Assembly (NCBI GenBank): GCA_963727825.1
Contig: CAVSHO010000001.1
Location: 192,001-256,000, forward strand
DNA length: 64,000 nucleotides
Origin: Ignavibacteriota bacterium
GTDB taxonomy: Bacteria > Bacteroidota > Ignavibacteria > UBA10030
Direction: 5' to 3'
Within the stretch, counting starts at the first letter, position 1; each line of letters starts with the position of its first letter. Positions 11,608-20,802 of the stretch are shown here, piece after piece. Both the position numbers and the translations under genes were made by a program. Under the pieces are notes generated by a model that made no database searches, was not told the origin of the DNA, and was given only the letters and a program-made list of their open reading frames with translations.

Positions 11608-11723
11608 ACAAGCGAATAACGGCATATTTTTTATCAATAATATCCTGAGATGAAGGATAATGTACAACCAACAACACACAGCTCAATGCACTTCACTGCA
11701 ATTTTTTCTATCTTGATTCCAAT

Positions 11724-14285
11724 ATGACTCGGTTTTATTTACTATTATTCCTTTTTTCCCTCCCTGTAGTTGGATCGGCATACGCACAAACAGTAGCTGC
11801 AGATACTACAAAGGTACGAAGTTCCGTTCAAGATACTACAAAACGCAGCGCGAATGCAGGCATTGACACTGTTGTAAATTATTTCGCAAAAGATTCTATT
11901 ATTTATTCCCTCCGCACTCGTTATATGAATCTATATGGTAAGAGTGAGATGCGGTACCAAACTATTGGATTGAAAGCAGAACGCGTGAATGTGAACTGGG
12001 ATAATGCTACACTAATTGCACATGGTGTGCCGGATACCGTAAAAGCTGATTCTGTAATTGGCAAACCTATTATGCGCGACGGCAGTGAAGAGTATAAAGG
12101 CGATCAGGTGAAATATAATTTTCGCACACGGAAAGGAAAGATTACTATTGGCAACACGCAAATGGATAACGGGTACTATGTTGGCGATCAAATTAAAAAA
12201 GTGGAACCCGATGTGCTTTGTGTTGCAGACGGCATTTATACAACATGCGATTTGAAAGATCCTCATTTTTATTTTGCCAGCCCAGAAATGAAAGTATTTA
12301 TAGGTGATAAAGTTGTCGCAGAGCCCATATATTTATATATTGCGGATGTACCTGTCTTTGCTTTGCCATTCGGAGTATTTCCCGCGCACAGTGGGCGTTC
12401 ATCCGGTTTAATCGCTCCGGCATATGGTGATGACAATCAATATGGATGGTATCTAAGTCATTTAGGATATTACTGGGCTGCCAGTGATTATTGGGATTTG
12501 GCAACGAAGTTCGATTTATATTCTCGAGGACGATGGCAAAATCAAACAGATATTCGCTATGCGCTTCGGTATAACTTTGGCGGCAGTATTAGTGCCCGAA
12601 TAACCAGCACTCCAGAAGGCGAACCGAGCGATCCGGGCTACAATAAATCGCGCGACTATTATGTGAACTTCACGCATGGACAACAAATTAGTCCGTCATC
12701 AAATCTCAGCGTCAATTTCACTTTTATGAACAGCGACTATTTCAGGAACAACAGTTTCAGTCTTAGCGAAATTCTACAGCAGAATATGGAATCGTATGCC
12801 ACTTATTCAAAGAGTTGGGAATCTTCCAACCGATGGTTGTCAATTAACGTGTCGCGAGATCAAAATCTGACTACCAATGAAACCAGCGAGGTACTACCTT
12901 CGATCGCTTTTAATCAAGGAACGATTTTTCCATTCCGCAAGCAGACGAAAACACGTGGCCTTTCAACTACACCAGAATCCGATCTGAGTTTTGCTGAACT
13001 TTTAGGATTTAGTTACAATGCAAATTTCAACTCTACTCTTTCAAAGGTTGCCTCGTTAGTTTCGGCAAAATTAGATACATCACAAGTGGGACTTAGTCAA
13101 ATAAACGATTTTACCAACACAAATACGCAATCGCTAACGCAAAATATTTCACTAAGTATTTCTCCCAAACTTGGTTATTTCACAGTATCGCCTTCTTTCT
13201 CGCTAAGTGATACGAGAACGTGGACGCAGGCAAAGACGCCGGCAATGGACACGGTCAATAGTGATAGTCTGCGTATATATAACAGCAGCAGAAATCAGGT
13301 TATTATAGGAGATCTGAACACTGGCGTTAATGTGAGCACCCGATTCTACGGATTGTTCCAGCCGAATATCTTCGGCATCACAGCATTCCGTCAGACTGTG
13401 ACTCCCACAATCGGTTTGTTTTATAATAAACAGATTTACGGTGATAATATACCGAAGTATTCAATGACAGGTTCATTCAGCGTCGGAAACATTTTCGAAA
13501 TGAAATATCAAAAGAACGACAGCGCAAAAACAGAAGATAAAATACAGCTGCTCAATCTCAGCGGTAATTTCAGCTATAATTTTGCCGCGGACTCGATGAA
13601 ATTCAGCAATATAAATATTAACTACCGAACAGATATTGGACAATATCTCAGTGTTGGAGGAAATGCAAGTTATAATCTTTATGTCTTTGATCCGGCAGCA
13701 AACAACGGCCAAGGTGCTCGTGTGAACAAGTTCCTTTTAGAAGAGCAAGGTAAGTTCGGTGATCTAACAAATTTGACGCTCAGTTTATCCACCTCATTTA
13801 AAGGTGATAAGAAACAGAAGCCAAGTGAAGCTGGTATTCCGGATCTAATAAAGCAAGAACAGGCAGCAGTTTCGGGTGAAGGATCAATACAGCCAAGCCA
13901 GAGAAAAATGTACTATTCAATCTATGATATAGAAGATGCAGATTTCAGCATTCCTTGGAACATCACATTTGGCTATAACTTTTCACAATCGCGGCCGACT
14001 CCACAAAACTATTCACGCTCTTCTACAATCAATGCAAGTCTTTCATTTAATCTGACCGAGAAATGGCAGATTGCTACAAGTGGTTCGTATGACTTTGTCA
14101 ATAAAGAACACTTTATTCCATCTGTCAGCGTAACGCGGGATCTTCATTGCTGGGCAATGTCTTTTTCATGGTATCCAATGGGAACGCTCGAAGGCTACAG
14201 ATTTGAATTGAAAGTCAAAGCCCCGCAGCTTCAAGATTTAAAATTAACAAAGCAAAGCAACGACCGCGGGAATTATAGCTATTAA
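11724..14285 (+). CDS. lptD: Putative LPS-assembly protein LptD
   Basis: 'YTTCD...PHFYF', 'P.YLYIADVP..ALPFG.FP', 'GYYWA.SDYWD', 'RDLHCW.MSFSW.P', 'LQDLK'. Confidence 0.9.
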   Translation: MTRFYLLLFLFSLPVVGSAYAQTVAADTTKVRSSVQDTTKRSANAGIDTVVNYFAKDSIIYSLRTRYMNLYGKSEMRYQTIGLKAERVNVNWDNATLIAHGVPDTVKADSVIGKPIMRDGSEEYKGDQVKYNFRTRKGKITIGNTQMDNGYYVGDQIKKVEPDVLCVADGIYTTCDLKDPHFYFASPEMKVFIGDKVVAEPIYLYIADVPVFALPFGVFPAHSGRSSGLIAPAYGDDNQYGWYLSHLGYYWAASDYWDLATKFDLYSRGRWQNQTDIRYALRYNFGGSISARITSTPEGEPSDPGYNKSRDYYVNFTHGQQISPSSNLSVNFTFMNSDYFRNNSFSLSEILQQNMESYATYSKSWESSNRWLSINVSRDQNLTTNETSEVLPSIAFNQGTIFPFRKQTKTRGLSTTPESDLSFAELLGFSYNANFNSTLSKVASLVSAKLDTSQVGLSQINDFTNTNTQSLTQNISLSISPKLGYFTVSPSFSLSDTRTWTQAKTPAMDTVNSDSLRIYNSSRNQVIIGDLNTGVNVSTRFYGLFQPNIFGITAFRQTVTPTIGLFYNKQIYGDNIPKYSMTGSFSVGNIFEMKYQKNDSAKTEDKIQLLNLSGNFSYNFAADSMKFSNININYRTDIGQYLSVGGNASYNLYVFDPAANNGQGARVNKFLLEEQGKFGDLTNLTLSLSTSFKGDKKQKPSEAGIPDLIKQEQAAVSGEGSIQPSQRKMYYSIYDIEDADFSIPWNITFGYNFSQSRPTPQNYSRSSTINASLSFNLTEKWQIATSGSYDFVNKEHFIPSVSVTRDLHCWAMSFSWYPMGTLEGYRFELKVKAPQLQDLKLTKQSNDRGNYSY

Positions 14286-14366
14286 AGATCTCAGAATTAG
14301 TCGTGCGGGCAGAATAAAAATGCCTGATAAATAACTTACCAAAAATGTCCTTCGTATGTTAAACAA

Positions 14367-14396
14367 AACGCCCGTTAGAAATTTCTAACGGGCGTT
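14367..14396. terminator. Perfect 30-bp palindrome, probable bidirectional terminator between lptD and clpX
   Basis: aacgcccgttagaaatttctaacgggcgtt between convergent genes. Confidence 0.75.
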
Positions 14397-14423
14397 CGAT
14401 TAACGATTGCCTTATTTAAACTG

Positions 14424-15683
14424 TTATGCAGATTTCCGTTCTTCGTATAAGTAAACGGGGTCTTTCGCTTTGATGATAGTATCTTTAGTGATAATGCACT
14501 TCGATACATTTTCCCGAGAAGGCAAGTGGTACATTACATCGAGCATAACCGATTCAATGATAGAGCGGAGCGCACGAGCGCCTGTACCGCGTTCCATAGC
14601 TTTATCTACTACGGACTTAAGTGCGTTCTCTTCCAACTCCAACTCTACACCTTCCAGCGCAAAAAGTTTTTGGTACTGCTTCACGATTGCATTACGCGGC
14701 TGGGTAAGAATATTCAAAAGCGCCGCCTCATCAAGCGGATCAAGTGTAGCAGTGACAGGCAGGCGACCTACAAATTCTGGAATAAGTCCGTACTTCAGCA
14801 AGTCACCCGGTTCTACTTGTTGTAATAATTTTTCACGTGACTTGCTTTTTTTGCCTTTCAAATCAGCGCCGAAACCAACAGGATTTTGACTGATCCGGTG
14901 CTCTATGATTTTTTCTAATCCATCAAATGCACCGCCGCAAATAAATAAAATATTCCTTGTGTTGATGTTAATAAGACTTTGTTCCGGATGCTTTCGTCCG
15001 CCTTTTGGTGGAACGCCTGCGATTGTGCCTTCAAGAATCTTCAGCAGTGCTTGTTGTACACCTTCGCCGGAGACATCGCGCGTAATTGATGCGCTATCAC
15101 CTTTTCTTGCAATTTTATCGATTTCATCTATATAAACAATCCCACGTTCTGCTTTCTCAATATTGTAATCAGCGTTCTGTAATAGATATACAAGAATCGT
15201 TTCAACATCGTCACCCACATATCCGGCTTCGGTCAGTGTTGTCGCATCAGCAATTGCGAATGGAACATCAAGAATGCGAGCAAGTGTTTGCGCCAGTAGC
15301 GTCTTGCCGGTTCCAGTCGGGCCAACAAGCAAAATGTTGCTTTTTTCGATTTCAACGTCATCAAGATTTGACATCTGATCGCTGGCATCAATTCGTTTAT
15401 AATGATTGTACACAGCAACAGCAAGTGTACGTTTGGCTAAATCCTGACCTACCACAAATTCGTCGAGCGCTTTCTTAATATCAATTGGTGTAAGCGAGCG
15501 CCTGAAACCAAACCGCCGCGCATTAATCGCCGCCATATTATTTTTAATGATATCAACGGAGCTGGCAACGCAGAGATCGCAAATGTATACATCTGGTCCT
15601 GCGATGATACTGTTGACTTCTTCCGGTGTGCGCCCGCAAAAGGAACAGGCTATTTTTTCGCCCTGTCTAGGTTTTTGTGTCAT
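14424..15683 (-). CDS. clpX: ATP-dependent Clp protease ATPase subunit ClpX
   Basis: CSFCG zinc finger, [33 protein letters not shown]. Confidence 0.98.
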   Translation of the reverse strand: MTQKPRQGEKIACSFCGRTPEEVNSIIAGPDVYICDLCVASSVDIIKNNMAAINARRFGFRRSLTPIDIKKALDEFVVGQDLAKRTLAVAVYNHYKRIDASDQMSNLDDVEIEKSNILLVGPTGTGKTLLAQTLARILDVPFAIADATTLTEAGYVGDDVETILVYLLQNADYNIEKAERGIVYIDEIDKIARKGDSASITRDVSGEGVQQALLKILEGTIAGVPPKGGRKHPEQSLININTRNILFICGGAFDGLEKIIEHRISQNPVGFGADLKGKKSKSREKLLQQVEPGDLLKYGLIPEFVGRLPVTATLDPLDEAALLNILTQPRNAIVKQYQKLFALEGVELELEENALKSVVDKAMERGTGARALRSIIESVMLDVMYHLPSRENVSKCIITKDTIIKAKDPVYLYEERKSA

Positions 15684-15725
15684 ATTATTTCCGGCTATTT
15701 GTAGCTGCCGGCACTTTACAAACGA

Positions 15726-16352
15726 TTACTTTTCTTTTTTCGTTTCGGCGGTTCGTTTCACGAGGATGTTGTCTATTAATCCGTATTCTTTTGCTTCAGA
15801 GGCGGCTAAGTAATAGTCGCGATCAGTATCTTTTTCAATCTGATCCAACGGACGTTCCGTATGTGCGGCAAGAATTTCATTTATCCGTTTCTTCGTTTTA
15901 AGAATTTCTTCTGCCTGAATGCTTATATCTGATGCAGTACCTTGCACGCCACCCCACGGCTGATGAATCATTACCCGCGCGTTTGGAAGTGCTGTACGTT
16001 TTCCTTTCGTTCCACCTGCTAGCAGCACAGCCGCCATACTTGCAGCCATACCTATACAGATGGTTGAAACATCTGGTCGAATATACTGCATCGTATCATA
16101 AATCGCAAGTCCGGCAGACACACTCCCGCCTGGACTGTTGATGTACAGGTGGATATCCTTATCCGGATCATCCGATTCAAGAAACAGCAATTGGGCAATT
16201 GTCAAACTGGCAACTGTGTCGTCGATCGGAGTGCCAAGAAATACGATGCGTTCTTTAAGCAATCGTGAAAAAATGTCGAACGACCGCTCACCACGGCCGG
16301 TCTGTTCCACGACAATTGGAACGAGCTGATTATAAATTTTCGGATATGCCAT
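15726..16352 (-). CDS. clpP: Clp protease proteolytic subunit
   Basis: [34 protein letters not shown]. Confidence 0.98.
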   Translation of the reverse strand: MAYPKIYNQLVPIVVEQTGRGERSFDIFSRLLKERIVFLGTPIDDTVASLTIAQLLFLESDDPDKDIHLYINSPGGSVSAGLAIYDTMQYIRPDVSTICIGMAASMAAVLLAGGTKGKRTALPNARVMIHQPWGGVQGTASDISIQAEEILKTKKRINEILAAHTERPLDQIEKDTDRDYYLAASEAKEYGLIDNILVKRTAETKKEK

Positions 16353-16375
16353 AATGTAATTTTCCTTCTAATCGC

Positions 16376-17641
16376 TTATACTTTTTCTGGAACTTCCTTG
16401 ATCTTCGAGGAGTTCACAAGAATCTTTAATAATTTATCACCGATTAACTTGTCCTTGATTTGGTCGGAGGATTTGTAGTAATTGATAAGGCGGTCTTTTG
16501 GAATTTTAATTTTAACGGATTCTTCTTCCGCCAACTTTTCGAGATCTTCGTCGGAAACGGTAACATTTTCTGCTTTGATTAATTCTTCACGTAGCAGCGC
16601 CCACTTTGCCTGATAGATTGCATAGGTGCGGTTCTCTTCTTTGAACTTTTCTTCGTTAAATTCGGATGGCAGTCGCTTATCAGGATATTCATTTTTAATT
16701 TCTTCCAACAATCCGTCGAGCACACTGCGAATAAGCGATTCCGGCACTTGAAATTCATGACGCCGGATAATTTCCGCAGTTAATGAATTGATTGCCTGCC
16801 GTTCACTTTTTTCTTTCCAGTAAGCAACAATCTCTTCTTTGATATTCGTGCGCAACGTCTCTACCGTATCGAATTTGTTTTTCGTGACTTTAGCAACAAA
16901 AGCTTTGTCTAATGTTGGTAATGTTACCTTCTCTATTTTTTTAACGATAATTTGTGTCTTAACGGTGTGCGTCTGTTCAGCATGTTTGTGATCAAACTGC
17001 ACAGAATATTCACCATTTTTCTTAGCTTCTTTCAATGCATTTTTAAACGGTTGTTCAAGTTGTTCATCGGCAAGATAAAAACGAACATTCTCGCTCTTCT
17101 TATCAATCAACGGTGCTCCGGTTTCATCTAAGTCCTGTAAAGTTACTGTGACGATGTGCTCTTGGGAAGTAACGACTTCGACCTCCTCCATCGCTGCGTT
17201 AGCTCGCTGTAAACGGATTAGTTCTTTTTCCACTTCGTCATCAGTGATCGTGTGAACGATTTTTTCTACTTCGATGCCCTTGTATTCTTTTACTATAATC
17301 TGCGGCCGGACATCAAATTGGATTTTACATCGAAAACTTTCACCATGTTTGTAATCCATATCAACAAGGGTAGGTTCGCCGATCGGTTTTAATTCTTTTT
17401 CCTTTACCGCCTGCCGATAAAATTCTGCGGCAATTTCATTAAGAGATTCATTCTCAATTAAATCACCATACAACTTTTTAATTATGTCAATCGGCACTTT
17501 ACCTTTTCGGAATCCGCGAATCTCAATCTTCTTCCGATATTCCAAATATGCTTTGTTGAAATGAGGTGATAGATCTTCCGGTGTAGCTATAATTTCTGCC
17601 GAACGCAGGACATCCGATAATGATTGAATAGTAACTTCCAC
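16376..17641 (-). CDS. tig: Trigger factor
   Basis: GFRKGKVP signature; GTG start at 17641 with aaggaag SD; upstream of clpP-clpX. Confidence 0.95.
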   Translation of the reverse strand: MEVTIQSLSDVLRSAEIIATPEDLSPHFNKAYLEYRKKIEIRGFRKGKVPIDIIKKLYGDLIENESLNEIAAEFYRQAVKEKELKPIGEPTLVDMDYKHGESFRCKIQFDVRPQIIVKEYKGIEVEKIVHTITDDEVEKELIRLQRANAAMEEVEVVTSQEHIVTVTLQDLDETGAPLIDKKSENVRFYLADEQLEQPFKNALKEAKKNGEYSVQFDHKHAEQTHTVKTQIIVKKIEKVTLPTLDKAFVAKVTKNKFDTVETLRTNIKEEIVAYWKEKSERQAINSLTAEIIRRHEFQVPESLIRSVLDGLLEEIKNEYPDKRLPSEFNEEKFKEENRTYAIYQAKWALLREELIKAENVTVSDEDLEKLAEEESVKIKIPKDRLINYYKSSDQIKDKLIGDKLLKILVNSSKIKEVPEKV

Positions 17642-17671
17642 GTAACTTCCTTTACATAATGATATGACCTG

Positions 17672-17850
17672 TAGGCACGAAGGAACTTGAACCCGCACGG
17701 ATTATCCATCCCGCAAAACTGCTGTGGGTAGAGGGGGAGTTGAACCCCCATGGATTACTCCACTAGCTCCTAAGGCTAGCGCGTCTGCCAGTTTCGCCAT
17801 CTACCCGAAATAGTTTTGCGGGACGCGTCTGCCAGTTTCGCCACGTGCCC
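17672..17850 (-). pseudogene. Split outer tRNA-Leu-like gene (5' half 17824-17850, 3' half 17672-17708) enclosing the intact tRNA-Leu
   Basis: GGGCACG...CGTGCCT-A acceptor; D-arm identical to the inner tRNA; TGGATAATCCGT variable arm; GCGGG-TTCAAGT-TCCTT weakened T-arm; anticodon arm replaced by 12-bp IR at 17709-17720/17812-17823. Confidence 0.85.
17725..17806 (-). tRNA. tRNA-Leu(TAG), intact, CCA not encoded
   Basis: GGGTAGA/TCTACCC acceptor, D-arm TGGCGAAACTGGCAGACGCG, CTAGC-CTTAGGA-GCTAG anticodon arm, variable arm, GGGGG-TTCAACT-CCCCC T-arm, discriminator A. Confidence 0.97.
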
Positions 17851-17910
17851 GTTGCGAAAAATGCCCAATAAGCTGGGCATTTTTCAAAATGCTTACAATT
17901 AGGCGTTTTT

Positions 17911-17939
17911 AATATAAGAACCGATTGAATGAAAAGCAA
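17911..17939 (-). promoter_or_regulatory. Putative sigma70 promoter for tRNA-tig-clpP-clpX
   Basis: TTGCTT-17 nt-TATATT on the minus strand. Confidence 0.6.
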
Positions 17940-17964
17940 AAAGGGATTCATAATGAATCCCTTT
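17938..17964 (-). terminator. Intrinsic terminator of the TPR gene
   Basis: aaagggattca-tta-tgaatcccttt-tt on the minus strand. Confidence 0.7.
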
Positions 17965-17990
17965 CCGTATCGCACTTTGAGAATTGAAAA

Positions 17991-19904
17991 CTACTTACCA
18001 GTTCGTTGAAGTTCATTTAGTTTCGTGAGGAAATCGACCGCCTCTTGTTTTGTCGGATCGAGACCAATAGCATTGTTAAAATACTCTCGCGCCTTCTGAT
18101 AATTCTTTACATTTTGATGCTCTCGGCCAAGTTGAATATTGGTTTTATAACTTTTAGGATTAAGTAAAAGAGCATGCTCGTAACACTGTATCGCACGCGC
18201 AGGATCAGCATCGCCGCCATATGCCACGCCAAGATCAAAATTGACTTTCCAGTAATCATTTCCTTTGGCAAGGGCAGTGGTCAGCACATTGATGATTTCT
18301 TTAAAATTACTCTGTTTGAGATAAAGATTACAACTTTCGCTATAGGCACTCAAGTACATAGTGTCTATTTGATAGGCGCGTTGAAATGAATAGTTAGCAC
18401 GTATCGGATCACCAGTGCGATTGTAAAACTTCCCCTGAGCAAAAAAGCCGTAAGCAAAATTCGGTGCAATAAGTGTGATTTGTTGATACTTATCCTTCGC
18501 ATTCTGAATGTCTTTTGCCTGCTCAAATTGCTCCGCTTCGTCGAACATCTTCATCACTTCCGATGAGATATGCTGTTCGTGGTTTGTTATGATTACACGG
18601 AGCATATCAAATCGGGCGATAATCTCTGGATCATAACACTTGCGAAATATTTCGACAATCTCTTGTTTTGCGCTGGTGAAATTGCCATAATAATAATCGT
18701 TCACTGCCTTAAGCATGGAATAGTAGGGCTGTGAAAACGAAATTGTATCTTTCTTCAGATTCGGCAAGAAATCAATTGGAAAAATTGGAATATGCGTCTG
18801 CCAACGTTCATTGCAAATCCGGATGAATGTCTCGTATGATCCGGTATCGTTGTATTTCGCTAATCGCGCTTGATAGTCTTCCGGAATCGCCATCTTTAAC
18901 TCTGTAGCAGTAGTATCGGCAAAATTGAGCGATGAAAATGCCGATGCCAATGTTTCAATCATGTTGATATACCGGTAGCCAATTTTACTTGTTGCAGATC
19001 CTTCGATAATCCATCGTATATTTTGGTCGTCCAGAGTGTGCTGAAGTGAATCCCGAAAGCTTGCGGCTTGAGCAAGAGAGATGCGGCATCTATCTAAAAT
19101 AGGTGCGACTGCTGTATCAAGCGAACCGACATTCCATTCGATACGTGGCAATGAATCAAGGATGTACTTGAACGTCGGCTTGAGACCGTCTACCAGTGCG
19201 ATTCGTGATTTTAAATCCGTTTGAACATTTGCAGCAGCTGATTGAAACGAGGCTGAGGTTTCGTTATATAAGTCTTCGAAGCATTGAGTGCGTTTAGATT
19301 TATATTCATCATACAGAGTAAAAATTTTGTAATTAGCATCACTTAAAATTTGTTCATATGAACCTATTGCTGATTTGAAGCGTTTTGCGACTACCGCGGT
19401 TTCTGCTTGCTTTGCAAGGTCGCTCACAATTGTGAAGCCAGGCCAAAATTCCTGAGGTACTTTAAACTCCACTTGATTCGTTGCTTCGTCAATCGGACAC
19501 TGAAATAAGAAAAGAAGATTGAGTTTGAAGGTTTTAGGAAATCCAAGCAAAATAGAGTTGTTCCCTCCAGCAATCAGTTCTCCTTTCCAAGCGATGGGAA
19601 TTTTCTTTTCGTCTTGATAGATGTTCACTCTGGAAAGTTGATCTTTTATAAAATCCTGATCAAGTTGCCAATCTTCCACAGATGTGACAAGAAAGTAAAA
19701 ATACTGTCCACTGTTAACATTGTCGCTGGTTAAAGGCAGTTGTCGATTCTCATTTGATAATTCGATCTTAACGGTGCGCGGTCCGCCAAGCCCAAATAAG
19801 CCGGACTTCGCTTTTATTTTCAATTGAACAGATGGAGCTTGCGCATTTAAAAGCGATGTAATGCAAAGGAGACCAGAGAGCAACGATAAAAATCTGGTAT
19901 TCAT
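17991..19904 (-). CDS. Secreted tetratricopeptide-repeat protein
   Basis: Signal peptide; C-terminal TPRs (A...Y..AL.LNP, A.EYF..AI.LDP). Confidence 0.8.
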   Translation of the reverse strand: MNTRFLSLLSGLLCITSLLNAQAPSVQLKIKAKSGLFGLGGPRTVKIELSNENRQLPLTSDNVNSGQYFYFLVTSVEDWQLDQDFIKDQLSRVNIYQDEKKIPIAWKGELIAGGNNSILLGFPKTFKLNLLFLFQCPIDEATNQVEFKVPQEFWPGFTIVSDLAKQAETAVVAKRFKSAIGSYEQILSDANYKIFTLYDEYKSKRTQCFEDLYNETSASFQSAAANVQTDLKSRIALVDGLKPTFKYILDSLPRIEWNVGSLDTAVAPILDRCRISLAQAASFRDSLQHTLDDQNIRWIIEGSATSKIGYRYINMIETLASAFSSLNFADTTATELKMAIPEDYQARLAKYNDTGSYETFIRICNERWQTHIPIFPIDFLPNLKKDTISFSQPYYSMLKAVNDYYYGNFTSAKQEIVEIFRKCYDPEIIARFDMLRVIITNHEQHISSEVMKMFDEAEQFEQAKDIQNAKDKYQQITLIAPNFAYGFFAQGKFYNRTGDPIRANYSFQRAYQIDTMYLSAYSESCNLYLKQSNFKEIINVLTTALAKGNDYWKVNFDLGVAYGGDADPARAIQCYEHALLLNPKSYKTNIQLGREHQNVKNYQKAREYFNNAIGLDPTKQEAVDFLTKLNELQRTGK

Positions 19905-20063
19905 TTGAAACCTCGGGCAATCAAAGTGAATATAAAAATCTAAATTCTTACGAGAAGAATATAGAAAAACAGAGCCGTAGATGCAACGATTCGTTCAGTC
20001 AACTCCTTGAATTCCTCCACATTTTTTGGTACATATAACATAAGTGCAAAAAGCGATTCATGC

Positions 20064-20087
20064 CCGTCCCGCCTTGTTGCGGGACGG
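20064..20087. repeat. GC-rich palindrome of the TCCCGC...GCGGGA type in the leader of the M50-lysA unit
   Basis: ccgtcccgc-cttgtt-gcgggacgg, perfect 9-bp stem. Confidence 0.6.
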
Positions 20088-20110
20088 ATTGTATCTGAAA
20101 GGATGTTTAA

Positions 20111-20785
20111 TTGGATTCTCTTTACATATTGCCGATTCTTCTTTTTTCCATCGTTGTGCACGAGGTAGCACATGGCTGGATGGCGTTGAGGCTTGGTGAT
20201 TCCACTGCGCGTGATTCCGGCAGATTGACACTCAATCCACTTCCTCACATTGACCCGATTGGTTCCATTGCTATTCCGCTCCTTTCATATTTTGCCGCTG
20301 GTTCTGTATTTATTGCATGGGCAAAACCAGTGCCGATAAATCCTGCAAACTTCCGCAATTTTCGCCGTGATGATATCTTGGTATCTATTATTGGACCGTT
20401 TTCCAATTTACTTGTCGCGTTTTTCTGCGCTGTGTTTTACGTTATTTCGGAACGTTTTTTTGGTCCATTAAACCTGATTGAAGGTAATTTTCAACGCGAG
20501 ATTGCGGCGTTCTTGATTCATATGTTTGCAGCTGGCATTACTTTGAATATATTTCTCGCAATTTTTAACTTAATTCCAGTGCCGCCGCTTGACGGTTCAC
20601 ATGTATTATCAGCTTTACTTCCGGCAGAAATAGCTGAGCGGTATCGGCAAATAGGATTCTTCGGGATACTACTTGTCATCTTGTTGATGCGGTTAGACCT
20701 GTTCCGGAATTTTATCTTCACGGTTGTAATGGCTGTACGTATTCCGTATGAAATCTTCATCCATCAATTTTTATTTACGGTTTGA
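20111..20785 (+). CDS. Site-2 protease (M50 family)
   Basis: HEVAH, GRLTLNP..HIDP.G, FNLIPVPPLDG. Confidence 0.95.
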   Translation: MDSLYILPILLFSIVVHEVAHGWMALRLGDSTARDSGRLTLNPLPHIDPIGSIAIPLLSYFAAGSVFIAWAKPVPINPANFRNFRRDDILVSIIGPFSNLLVAFFCAVFYVISERFFGPLNLIEGNFQREIAAFLIHMFAAGITLNIFLAIFNLIPVPPLDGSHVLSALLPAEIAERYRQIGFFGILLVILLMRLDLFRNFIFTVVMAVRIPYEIFIHQFLFTV

Positions 20786-20802
20786 TTTATTGAAACTTGC
20801 TT

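Noticed and set aside
17672-17850. Integrative-element att site or group I intron explaining the extra tRNA pieces
   Set aside because: No integrase or island nearby; both 5' and 3' halves are present and pair with each other; the 91-nt loop content is a tRNA, far too short for a self-splicing intron.
17763-17975. 70-aa minus-strand ORF with an internal repeat
   Set aside because: It overlaps the tRNA structures, promoter and terminator; the repeat is just the duplicated D-arm.
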